Assembly: GCF_001481685.1 (NCBI RefSeq)
Contig: NZ_CP006867.1
Span: forward strand, 1,200,001 to 1,232,000
Direction of reading: 5' to 3'
Length of the DNA stretch: 32,000 bases
From: Ignicoccus islandicus DSM 13165
Lineage (GTDB): Archaea; Thermoproteota; Thermoprotei_A; Sulfolobales; Ignicoccaceae
Part shown: positions 8,878-17,326 of the stretch, one piece after another
How the letters are laid out: every line of letters begins with the position of its first letter
How positions within the stretch are numbered: the first letter of the stretch is position 1
The notes under the pieces: generated by a model
Seen by the model: the letters and a program-made list of their open reading frames with translations, nothing else
Told to the model about the DNA's origin: nothing
Databases searched by the model: none
Made by a program: the position numbers and the translations under genes

Positions 8878-10746
8878 ATGCCGAAGATACAAATTCAAAA
8901 AACGGAAGTACCCCTCCAAATAGAAAAGCCTCCTTCTAGGGACTTAGTTGAGAGGATGTGGGACGAAGCTGAAGAAGTAAGGTACATGTTATTGGACTCT
9001 AGAACAATAGAGGAAGCTAGAGGGGCGTTGTATAAATGGCTTTTCGATATGGAATTGAAATACCTAAGAGGAGACATGGACGTTCATCCGCTAATCCAAG
9101 CCCAAGCTTTGGAAGCAATAAAAGTTTTCAAACAAGTGATAGCGCCTCAGAACGAGGAACTAACTGGTTACTCTGCCCTCAAGTACCTTTACAAGTTAGC
9201 AAGATATGAAGGTCTTAACGAAGTAGATGAGGGATTCGTCCTAGAGTTCTTACATTTGTTTAAGGCAATATACGGAAGGCCTGACATATATCCGGCGAAG
9301 TATGCCGAAGGCCTAGGTTACTTCGATTTCTCCAAGATTAAGGGAAGGGAGGCCGGAATAGCTAGGAGCAATTATTTGGACAAACTGGCTACGAGGGTCT
9401 GGGAGTACATAAAGAGGTATCCCTCAGGCCTCGAACCAGAAATAATTGAAAAGAGAAAAGAGAATAGAAGGAAAATATTAGAAGTGCTAGGTGGAAAGGA
9501 GGATGATTGGTGGGATTACAAATGGCACTTTAGGAACGCTCTGAGGGGTAAGAGGGCTATAGACGTACTTAAAAAGCTATTGAAGGGACTAAGCGAAGAC
9601 GACTGGAAGGCCCTAGAGGAAGCAGTTAAATATAACGTGCCCTTTGGCATAACTCCATACTACTTGCACCTGTTCGACTTCGAAGAAGGATGGAAGAGAG
9701 ATTACGCAGTTAGGAGACAAGTGCTTCCACCGCTTCATTACGTAAAGGAGATGGTAAGTCACTTAGACGAAAGGGAATATTACTTCGACTTCATGGGTGA
9801 ACACGATACTAGCCCTCACCCGCTAATAACTCGAAGGTATCCAATGGTAGCAATACTTAAGGCCGCCCACACTTGCCCACAGATTTGCGTTTATTGTCAA
9901 AGGAACTGGGAAATAATGACTGCAATGGATAAAAGCGCTATACCGACTCGAATGACCATAGACGAGGCCATAGATTGGTTTGCCGAGCACCCCAACATTA
10001 TAGACGTCCTCGTTACGGGCGGAGATCCATTCATACTAAGAGATGAGGACATAGAGCACATCGTAAAGAGGTTAAGTGAGTTAGATCACGTGAAGATGAT
10101 AAGGTTCGGTACAAGAACACCAGTTACCGTTCCCATGAGGATTACGCCTGAACTAGCGGAAATGCTAGGTTCGTACATAGAGCCAGGCAAGAGGAACGTT
10201 CACGTAGTTACTCACTTCGAACACGCTTACGAAGTTACGCCGGAAGTGGCGCAAGCCGTATCCAACCTAAGGAAGAACAAGATATACGTGTACAACCAAC
10301 AAGTCTACACCTTCTGGAATAGTAGGAGGTTCGAGACCTCGGCGCTGAGAATAGCTTTGAAGAGCGTGGGTATAGATCCTTACTACACGTTCTATCCTAA
10401 AGGTAAATGGGAGACGAAAGACTATCTAGTCCCGGTCGCTAGGATAGAGCAAGAGAGGAAGGAAGAGGCTAGGGTACTACCCGGAACGTTTAGGACTGAG
10501 GAACCCGTCTTTAACGTTCCAAGACTAGGTAAGAACCATCTAAGGGCATGGCAAGACCATCAAATAATAATGATAAGGCCCGATGGTAGGAGGGTCTACC
10601 TATGGCATCCATGGGAAAAGAACATACAGCTAGTGGCTCCCTATATATACACAGACATGATCTCAATTAGAATGTACCTAGATAAACTAAAGGAAGTGTT
10701 CAACGAAGACTTAGAGGACTATAAGAGCATATGGTATTACTACTAA
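8878..10746 (+). CDS. KamA-family radical SAM protein (lysine 2,3-aminomutase-like) with long N-terminal region
   Basis: Radical SAM CxxxCxxC motif in AAHTCPQICVYCQRNWE; TGGDPFILRDEDI; downstream VVTHFEHAYEVTPEVAQAV and NQQVYTFWNSRR fit KamA-type enzymes. About 340 residues precede the cluster motif. Confidence 0.87.
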   Translation: MPKIQIQKTEVPLQIEKPPSRDLVERMWDEAEEVRYMLLDSRTIEEARGALYKWLFDMELKYLRGDMDVHPLIQAQALEAIKVFKQVIAPQNEELTGYSALKYLYKLARYEGLNEVDEGFVLEFLHLFKAIYGRPDIYPAKYAEGLGYFDFSKIKGREAGIARSNYLDKLATRVWEYIKRYPSGLEPEIIEKRKENRRKILEVLGGKEDDWWDYKWHFRNALRGKRAIDVLKKLLKGLSEDDWKALEEAVKYNVPFGITPYYLHLFDFEEGWKRDYAVRRQVLPPLHYVKEMVSHLDEREYYFDFMGEHDTSPHPLITRRYPMVAILKAAHTCPQICVYCQRNWEIMTAMDKSAIPTRMTIDEAIDWFAEHPNIIDVLVTGGDPFILRDEDIEHIVKRLSELDHVKMIRFGTRTPVTVPMRITPELAEMLGSYIEPGKRNVHVVTHFEHAYEVTPEVAQAVSNLRKNKIYVYNQQVYTFWNSRRFETSALRIALKSVGIDPYYTFYPKGKWETKDYLVPVARIEQERKEEARVLPGTFRTEEPVFNVPRLGKNHLRAWQDHQIIMIRPDGRRVYLWHPWEKNIQLVAPYIYTDMISIRMYLDKLKEVFNEDLEDYKSIWYYY

Positions 10747-10750
10747 CCGG

Positions 10751-11323
10751 ATGACAATGAAACTGTATTTCCTACCAATAGGCTCCTACGAGCCGCATCC
10801 AACACTTCCCTATGATATAGATACAAGGATTGCTAGGGCCTTTGCCGAAATATTAGCTAAAGAGGTTGGAGGTACGGTTCTACCTCCCCTAAGCTATTCC
10901 TCAAGTTGGGAATGGGAGGGAAGTATTAGCTTAAGGATTGAAACCATTTCTTTATTACTGAGAGATTTAAATTCCTCAATAATTAGAATAGGTGGAAGAT
11001 TAATAGTGATCAATGCACACGGAGGTAACGTTGGACTATTAGATGCAATAGCCCGACAAGAGGGTTTCTACGTAATCCATTTCTATAAAGCATGCGGAAT
11101 AAAGCCCGGTCACTCGGGTGAAGTAGAATGCAACGTCGCGAAGGCTCTTGGCCTAATAGATAGGACGTGCAGTAAAGGATCCAAATGGCCCCGAGAAGCG
11201 ATCGTGAAGCCGCGAATAGAACTAGGAAGCTACGATGAGGAGGAATTAGAGTTTCACGAGGTGTTAAGCAAGATTCAAAGGTGTGCTTTCAAACTCGCTA
11301 ATGAGATCTCCAAGCTTTCCTAA
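10751..11323 (+). CDS. Creatininase-family amidohydrolase (ArfB/MftE-like superfamily)
   Basis: MKLYFLPIGSYEPHPTLPYDIDTRIARAFAEILAKEVGGTVLPPLSYSSSWE...INAHGGNVGLLDAIARQ matches the creatininase family pattern (PxGSxExHGxHLPxxTD, NGHGGN). The usual NGHGGN is INAHGGN here. Confidence 0.85.
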   Translation: MTMKLYFLPIGSYEPHPTLPYDIDTRIARAFAEILAKEVGGTVLPPLSYSSSWEWEGSISLRIETISLLLRDLNSSIIRIGGRLIVINAHGGNVGLLDAIARQEGFYVIHFYKACGIKPGHSGEVECNVAKALGLIDRTCSKGSKWPREAIVKPRIELGSYDEEELEFHEVLSKIQRCAFKLANEISKLS

Positions 11324-11356
11324 CGCCAAACAATTAAGGATCCTTGAGTTACATTA

Positions 11357-12550
11357 ATGGGTCCGTCGAGTTTGATACCAGTCACAACGATGGTCGTAGG
11401 TAAAGGTACTGTTTCTACCAAGATAAAGGGGGAATACCATAGGAAGAAGCCATCTCGTTTCACTGAATACTTCAGACCACTAGTATTTTGGAATATTACC
11501 TACCAATGCAATCTCAAGTGTCTTCATTGCTATATAAGAGCGAAGGCCCAGAGGGATCCAAATGAACTAACTACGGAAGAGGCCGTTAAATTAGCTCGTG
11601 AAATGGTAGATATGAGGATACCCTTAGTTATCCTTTCAGGTGGCGAACCCCTCATCAGGAAGGACTTCTGGGAAATAGTAGAACCAATGGCAAAAGCACA
11701 GTTCCCTAAACTTTCCTTAAGTACGAATGGAACCCTAATAACTAAGGACGTAGCTCAGAAACTCAAAGATTACGATTTCAGTTACGTGGGAATTTCCATA
11801 GATTCAATAGTACCTCAATACCACGATAAGTTTAGAGGAGTTCCCGGTGCTTTCGAGGCGACTCTTAGGGGAATAAAGAACAGCATTGAAGTTGGCCTAG
11901 ACGTTGGCATCAGGACAACCATTACGAAATATAACGTAAATGAAGTTCCAGATATAGTTAAGTGGAGCGCAGATCAAGGCATAAAGAGAGTCTCGTTCTA
12001 CTTACTAGATACTATAGGAAGGGGAGAAGAGATAAAGGATTGGTTACCAACGCCCGAACAGTTGAGATGGATGGCTGATAAATTAATTGAGCTTGCAAGG
12101 GAGTACGCCGACCAACTAGAAATATTGGTCGTTCGAGGTAACTTCATGGGTATATACATCGCGAGTAAGCTAGCCAAGAACGAGGAGGAATTCAAGGAAT
12201 ACTTGAACATGCTACAAGCACAAGGAGATTGCGGGAGGAAAAGCATTAGCATCTATCCGAACGGGGACGTCAAACCTTGTCAGTTCATCGATTGGACAAC
12301 GTTAGGAAACGTGAGGAATCAGAGCTTGAGAGAAATTCTTAGGAAGGACAACCCCGAACTCCAACCCTTCCTAAATATAGCCCAGTACTTAAAGGGTAAA
12401 TGCGGCAAATGCCCGTTCAAGGAGATATGCGGCGGAGGTAGTAGAGGTAGAGCATGGGCGATTACTGGAGATCCTTGGGGCGAAGATCCTCTATGCTTTA
12501 TAGAACCGGAGGAACTCTTGAAGATAACAACTTACGGAACAGCCTCCTAA
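11357..12550 (+). CDS. Radical SAM/SPASM-domain protein (AhbC/AhbD/NirJ-like)
   Basis: CNLKCLHCYIRA (CxxxCxxC), LSGGEPLIRKDFW, and a SPASM-type C-terminus CGRKSISIYPNGDVKPCQF...GKCGKCPFKEICGGGSRGRAWAITGDPWGEDPLC. Confidence 0.9.
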   Translation: MGPSSLIPVTTMVVGKGTVSTKIKGEYHRKKPSRFTEYFRPLVFWNITYQCNLKCLHCYIRAKAQRDPNELTTEEAVKLAREMVDMRIPLVILSGGEPLIRKDFWEIVEPMAKAQFPKLSLSTNGTLITKDVAQKLKDYDFSYVGISIDSIVPQYHDKFRGVPGAFEATLRGIKNSIEVGLDVGIRTTITKYNVNEVPDIVKWSADQGIKRVSFYLLDTIGRGEEIKDWLPTPEQLRWMADKLIELAREYADQLEILVVRGNFMGIYIASKLAKNEEEFKEYLNMLQAQGDCGRKSISIYPNGDVKPCQFIDWTTLGNVRNQSLREILRKDNPELQPFLNIAQYLKGKCGKCPFKEICGGGSRGRAWAITGDPWGEDPLCFIEPEELLKITTYGTAS

Positions 12551-12552
12551 GG

Positions 12553-13431
12553 TTAATATCTAAAAGATTTCTCTTTTAACGAGTCCAAAAGCTCCTCCAT
12601 GTAAAGTGGCAGTTCCAAAGGTGCCATAAGGAGCTTCGACGTTTCCGTGGTAGTTATTGCAATTCTCATTAATTCAATTGCGTCCCTCATCTGGAGGGGG
12701 AGACATATTAATCTTTCGTCTTCCTCCATGTATTTAGTATCCTTCAAGATCGCAATCCTCATACCCTTTCTAAGGATCTCTTTAATTACATCGCTCTTAC
12801 TCGATTCCATTGAATGAAAGATCCATAACCCAGATGGAGTTACGCCAACGCCGCAGTTCCACATAACGTCAATGACCTTTGCGTTAATAGATTGATTTGG
12901 GTTGGCATCAATAGTTACTGGTTCAATGCCTAGCGATCTAAGGAGAGAACCGTATCTCTCGATTAACCTTTGCTTTAAGTCTCTCTTTCTGGAACTCTTT
13001 TGCTTCATGCTTCTTACGTCCGCCGAGCTCATTGGATGGTATATCAGAACTCTCTCCGTATTACTAATGAGAATTTCATATATTTTTAATACGTCCTTAA
13101 GGTCGTTAGGTCTCAGGTAAGCGTCACACGCAAACGCAAGTTTGTTCGGTGTGGAGGATAAGCTAACTAATCTCCCTTCGAAGTACGCTTTGAGGAGTAC
13201 GTCCTCCTCCGTCCCCAGAGCCCTTGCTAAAGCCCTTATCCACCTAAACTTGACCTTCTTTGATTGAGACGTAAGCTCGGTTCTAGGAACTCTCGCTATT
13301 TCTATTGCTTTCTTAATTTTGTTTCCTCTGGAGTCCTCGTATACCCCGAAAGTAATTGCCAGCCCATTGTAAGGATTAATGGCAGTCCACTTCTTAACGA
13401 GCTTGAGGTTTAGTCTTCCCTCGCTCCTCAC
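12553..13431 (-). CDS. Hypothetical protein (orphan)
   Basis: 292-aa ORF, low-complexity-free, convergent with the radical SAM gene with only 2 nt between them; no family recognised. Confidence 0.75.
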   Translation of the reverse strand: MRSEGRLNLKLVKKWTAINPYNGLAITFGVYEDSRGNKIKKAIEIARVPRTELTSQSKKVKFRWIRALARALGTEEDVLLKAYFEGRLVSLSSTPNKLAFACDAYLRPNDLKDVLKIYEILISNTERVLIYHPMSSADVRSMKQKSSRKRDLKQRLIERYGSLLRSLGIEPVTIDANPNQSINAKVIDVMWNCGVGVTPSGLWIFHSMESSKSDVIKEILRKGMRIAILKDTKYMEEDERLICLPLQMRDAIELMRIAITTTETSKLLMAPLELPLYMEELLDSLKEKSFRY

Positions 13432-13524
13432 TTTACCTCCGGAAGAAGGATGCGAGTAAGAGTTAAGTAAGGATTGGCTACGAATATAGTTTAGCTAAAG
13501 TAAATAGAAAAAAACTCAAGAAAA

Positions 13525-13752
13525 TTATTCGGTTTCTAAAAACGATTCGTAGTTTTCCATAAAGAAGTACGTATCGTCCGTTAGACTTCTTTCAAATCTG
13601 CTTGCAACTCTTTTCAATTGACTCTCACTTACATCGTGTTCTATTATCAAGTCGCTTACTTGCGGTTCTACGATGAAGTCTTCTAGGGCTATCAGTAGTT
13701 GTTCCTTGGTTCTACTCCCCTTGTGCACAGATTTGCCCCGATGGAGACACAT
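13525..13752 (-). CDS. Small acidic hypothetical protein
   Basis: 75-aa ORF in line with the flanking minus-strand genes; the start is uncertain. Confidence 0.5.
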   Translation of the reverse strand: MCLHRGKSVHKGSRTKEQLLIALEDFIVEPQVSDLIIEHDVSESQLKRVASRFERSLTDDTYFFMENYESFLETE

Positions 13753-13765
13753 TCATTACCAAATA

Positions 13766-14323
13766 TTAATCACGGCTTAACGTTTCAGTAGGCGAACGGG
13801 GCCGTTCGCTTGAATTTTCGAATACCAGTTCGTTAACTAAAGACATGGGGTCAACTTGTACCCATTTCTCCTTGAATATTTCCTTACATTCTCTTAATAT
13901 ATTCAATATCTCTTCGTCCCTTAACTTCAAATGCCTAACCACAATGAAGGGTTTTCCGGACTTCAAGGCGTTCAAGAAAATCTCCCTAATTCCGGGAAGC
14001 TTAAGCTCCATAGGGCCTATTTCATCTATTGCAATTACTTGGCAATCGCTCTTAAAGGCATTGGAAATGAGTTCAGCTGCCTCCCGGCACACTCTATACC
14101 TACCTACTCGAGGGCCATCGCAACCATCTACCTTAGCCAGCCACGATTCCTTATTGGTAGAAATATCGATTACTTTGAAACCTATCCTCTTATTGTTCAC
14201 TCTAACTTCGGGGCATACTATTCCGCAGACCTTTACTCCCTTCGACCTTAGGATGTCAATTACTTCCTTTATTAATGTACTCTTTCCGGAACCAGGTTCG
14301 CCTGTTATTGAAACGCAATCCAA
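13766..14323 (-). CDS. THEP1-like nucleoside-triphosphatase
   Basis: Walker A ITGEPGSGKSTLIKEV, IDEIGPMELK Walker B, and GIVCPEVRVNNKRIGFKVIDI, characteristic of the THEP1 NTPase family. TTG start directly abuts the SdhB stop. Confidence 0.88.
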   Translation of the reverse strand: MDCVSITGEPGSGKSTLIKEVIDILRSKGVKVCGIVCPEVRVNNKRIGFKVIDISTNKESWLAKVDGCDGPRVGRYRVCREAAELISNAFKSDCQVIAIDEIGPMELKLPGIREIFLNALKSGKPFIVVRHLKLRDEEILNILRECKEIFKEKWVQVDPMSLVNELVFENSSERPRSPTETLSRD

Positions 14324-15319
14324 TCATATGCCCCCAACTGCTTCTCGGAACGCCTCTATTAGTCTCCAATCAGCCACCTTTCCCCTCGGTACGTAAGGGG
14401 GCCTTTTCCATCCTCCCCTAACTAACTTCGGTAGCGCATCTATTCCAGCTTCAACTAAACCAGTAGAAGTGAATATCCTTACCTCATCGGCCCTCCCAGT
14501 CTCTGCTATGCTCTCTATAACCGCTTTCACGTGCTTGATGGCTTTTATTGCGTATTCTTCCATAGCCATTTCCGAATCTTCCTTTCTTAATACATGATAC
14601 CTTTCCTCGTGCTTTAGGTTCTTAGGACAAGTGTCGGTACAGTAACCGCAGTTAGCGCACTTCCATATATCTATCTCGTTTAAAACTATTCGTTTTCCGT
14701 CTAGCGCATCTCTAGGATCGTGAGAAAACCTGAATACCTTGAGCAGCGCGTGAGGTCCAACGAACTGAGAATCAACGTAACTTACCGGACAGACCGAATA
14801 GCATATTCCGCACCATATGCATTGCGCAGAGCTCCATAGAACCTTTTGTATTGAAGGAGATATGGGTGTCCACTTGTCGCTCTTTAACGCTTCCTCCTTA
14901 GGCACAAGGTACGGTCTGACTTTCACCATTCTCTTTTCGAATTCCCTTCTATCGGTGATCAAGTCCCTTATAACTTCCATGTTATCTAGGGGCTCTACAA
15001 CTATTGTGCCTTTACCTTCTTCAGCAGCTTCTAGGGCATTGGTCATGCAAGCTAACTTCGGTTGACCGTTTATCTTAACTGCGCAGTTACCGCAAACTCC
15101 CATTTTACAAAGGGGCCTGTAAGCCAATGTAGGGTCGATTTCCTCCCTAACCCTTTGAAGGGCCACAGCTACGGAAGTGTACTTGTCGACATCTATTTCG
15201 TACTCTTGCCACCAAGAGCCTCTCTTGGGATCCCTTCTAGCTACCTTTAGTTTTACCTTAGGCAAAGAGCCAAACCCGTGAATTATTGGCTCGCTTCTCC
15301 TTTTTTGACTTCCGAGCAC
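14324..15319 (-). CDS. sdhB: Succinate dehydrogenase/fumarate reductase iron-sulfur subunit
   Basis: [2Fe-2S] ligand motif CKMGVCGNCAVKINGQPKLAC plus two ferredoxin-like motifs CIWCGICYSVCP and CANCGYCTDTCPKNL. The start may be internal (TTG at 15265, giving LPKVKLKVAR...). Confidence 0.88.
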   Translation of the reverse strand: MLGSQKRRSEPIIHGFGSLPKVKLKVARRDPKRGSWWQEYEIDVDKYTSVAVALQRVREEIDPTLAYRPLCKMGVCGNCAVKINGQPKLACMTNALEAAEEGKGTIVVEPLDNMEVIRDLITDRREFEKRMVKVRPYLVPKEEALKSDKWTPISPSIQKVLWSSAQCIWCGICYSVCPVSYVDSQFVGPHALLKVFRFSHDPRDALDGKRIVLNEIDIWKCANCGYCTDTCPKNLKHEERYHVLRKEDSEMAMEEYAIKAIKHVKAVIESIAETGRADEVRIFTSTGLVEAGIDALPKLVRGGWKRPPYVPRGKVADWRLIEAFREAVGGI

Positions 15320-15361
15320 GTCTTAAAGCGGAGAGATACATCTCAGCTTCGGAGGTAAAGC

Positions 15362-15646
15362 TTGGACGTTTTAGATGAGCTATGGAACGTGATAAAGGAC
15401 AGAATGGCGAACCCTAAGGAAGGCTCGTATACGTCTAAATTGATCTCCAAGGGGAAGCCCTACGTCGCAAGGAAGGTTGGTGAAGAGGCTGTTGAAGTAA
15501 TAGTTGCTGCTCTCTATGAAGGCAAGGATTCGCTAATATACGAAGCTGCCGACTTACTCTATCATCTAATGGTTTTGCTCGCGGTAAGTGGAGTTGAATG
15601 GAAGGAAGTATTAAGGGAGTTAGAAATTAGAAGGGGGAAGAAGTAG
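15362..15646 (+). CDS. hisE: Phosphoribosyl-ATP pyrophosphatase
   Basis: PKEGSYTSKLISKGKPYVARKVGEEAVEVIVAAL...SLIYEAADLLYHLMVLL signature. TTG start. Confidence 0.95.
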   Translation: MDVLDELWNVIKDRMANPKEGSYTSKLISKGKPYVARKVGEEAVEVIVAALYEGKDSLIYEAADLLYHLMVLLAVSGVEWKEVLRELEIRRGKK

Positions 15647-16236
15647 TGCTTGCCGCAATAGTTGACTATGGTATAGGCAACACGTTCAGTATAAGGAACA
15701 CTCTCGAGAAAATAGGTATTAGAAGCGTTCTTACGAAGGATTCGGAAACGATTAAGAGGGCGGACTTGGTCGTCTTGCCTGGCGTTGGATCACACAAGGC
15801 TGCAATGAGTAACATAGAGCGGTACGGTCTCTTGAAGTACCTCACGGAACCACGTAACTGGATTCTCGGAATATGTTTAGGCCTCCAGTTGTTATTTGAG
15901 AGAAGTGAGGAAGGCGGTTTAAGGGGACTAGGTCTCGTTAAGGGCGAAGTAATTAGGTTCAGGAACGTTAGAAAGGTACCCCATATGGGGTGGAACGAAG
16001 TCGAAGTAAAGGGAGGCGAGTTTTCCGAATTAAACGGTAGGAACTTCTACTTCGCCCATAGCTATTACGTACCGAGCCCCAATCCCTACGAAGTCGGCGT
16101 AACCGAATACTCGGGTACGCGGTTCGTATCAATATTAGTCAAAGGCAATGTTATAGGTACTCAATTTCACCCGGAGAAGAGCTCGAGGAACGGCAAGGCG
16201 TTCTTAACTATTTTAAGAGATATTATAAGACGTTAG
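15646..16236 (+). CDS. hisH: Imidazole glycerol phosphate synthase glutamine amidotransferase subunit
   Basis: IVDYGIGNTFSIRNTLEKIG, LPGVGSH, GICLGLQLLFERSEEG, HMGWNEV, FAHSYY, GTQFHPEKSS. GTG start overlapping hisE by 1 nt. Confidence 0.96.
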   Translation: MLAAIVDYGIGNTFSIRNTLEKIGIRSVLTKDSETIKRADLVVLPGVGSHKAAMSNIERYGLLKYLTEPRNWILGICLGLQLLFERSEEGGLRGLGLVKGEVIRFRNVRKVPHMGWNEVEVKGGEFSELNGRNFYFAHSYYVPSPNPYEVGVTEYSGTRFVSILVKGNVIGTQFHPEKSSRNGKAFLTILRDIIRR

Positions 16237-16327
16237 ATCAATTTCCTCTAAAATAGATCTCGCGCTTCGACATTCAAAGCTTCAACTTTTGTTCAACCGA
16301 TTACAGTCTTTACACGGCGTGAAAAAC

Positions 16328-16699
16328 ATGAAGAAGTTCGGTGACTTAATATACACTCCCGAACAAGCTCCCCAAGAAGTAATTAGTAAGGCAGAAACGC
16401 ACACTCCGAAGATAGAGGCCCCTGATACCGTTAAGGCGGGCGAGCCGTTCGAGGTGAAGGTCTCAGTAGGTCCTCACGTCATGGAACCACAGCACTACAT
16501 CGGATGGATAGAATTATACTACTATGAGGAGGGCCGCCAATACAACCCGATCTTCGTAGGTAAAGCGGAATTCAGTACTTACACTGAACCAAAGGCCACC
16601 TTCACGTTAAAGGTCCAAAAGAGCGGCGTGCTTTACGCAATTTCATACTGCAACCTACATGGTCTATGGGAAAACAGGAAGGAAATAAAGGTCGAGTAA
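16328..16699 (+). CDS. Class II superoxide reductase (neelaredoxin), Lys-less active-site loop
   Basis: From the ATG at 16328: ...KAETHTPKIEAP...VGPHVMEPQHYIGWIELYY...TFTLKVQKSGVLYAISYCNLHGLWENRKEI, matching superoxide reductase Fe ligands (E, H, H, H, C, H). The longer track start (16289) is less likely. Confidence 0.93.
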   Translation: MKKFGDLIYTPEQAPQEVISKAETHTPKIEAPDTVKAGEPFEVKVSVGPHVMEPQHYIGWIELYYYEEGRQYNPIFVGKAEFSTYTEPKATFTLKVQKSGVLYAISYCNLHGLWENRKEIKVE

Positions 16700-16753
16700 C
16701 GTCCTAGAATCTTCGTTTTTAGAACCCTTTTTCCGTATACACGTAGGGTTCAT

Positions 16754-17326
16754 GTGATGAGAATTCTAATTGGCGGTTTAAACGGAACTGGCAAGAGTTC
16801 CGTTTGTAAGGCGCTCGAGTCTAAATACGGCATCAAATGTGCCCACGTGCCCCCTCTGTGTTACGTGAAGGACGTCTTTACTCCCCTTTCGTTCGAAATA
16901 TACTCTCTTCAGCGAATAAGTAGTTACGTGTACTTGGGAGAAGCAATAGACGAGTCTCCTCTAACTATAGCCCTTTACTTGAAGGCACTTCCTTTCTATG
17001 CTTCCGAAATTAGTACTCACGAACACTTGTACGACGAAATGGTTAGTGGTATAATCCAGTTCTCGAAAGAATTGAGGAGAGAGGGAGCGAAATTCGTCTG
17101 GCTTACCGCACCCATCCACGTAATACTTTCTAGGTTAAGGAAAAGCGAGGAATGTCCGCCTAGAGGACTCTGGAACTCGGACCCCATTGAATTAGGCGCT
17201 TTAAGTTCGATTGAAAGGAACTTCTTGGAGGTAATTGACGACCTTATAGACTTGGTAATAGATACGGGCAAGAGAACTCCTGAAGAAGTTGCCGATGAGG
17301 TGATGAAAGTTGTTGATAAGGATTGA
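16754..17326 (+). CDS. P-loop kinase-like protein (adenylate-kinase/AAA_18-like)
   Basis: N-terminal ILIGGLNGTGKSSVCKALE Walker A; kinase-like architecture with SRLRKSEECPPRGL and VIDTGKRTPEEVADEV. Confidence 0.75.
   Translation: MMRILIGGLNGTGKSSVCKALESKYGIKCAHVPPLCYVKDVFTPLSFEIYSLQRISSYVYLGEAIDESPLTIALYLKALPFYASEISTHEHLYDEMVSGIIQFSKELRREGAKFVWLTAPIHVILSRLRKSEECPPRGLWNSDPIELGALSSIERNFLEVIDDLIDLVIDTGKRTPEEVADEVMKVVDKD

Noticed and set aside
8878-12550. Calling the radical SAM / creatininase trio a mycofactocin locus
   Set aside because: No MftA-like precursor, MftB chaperone or MftD/MftF genes are visible, and the two downstream enzymes have simpler ArfB and AhbC/AhbD-like explanations.
13845-14396. 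183-aa and 106-aa + strand ORFs opposite THEP1
   Set aside because: The minus frame has intact Walker A/B motifs; the + frames are Ser/Thr/Leu-rich antisense translations.
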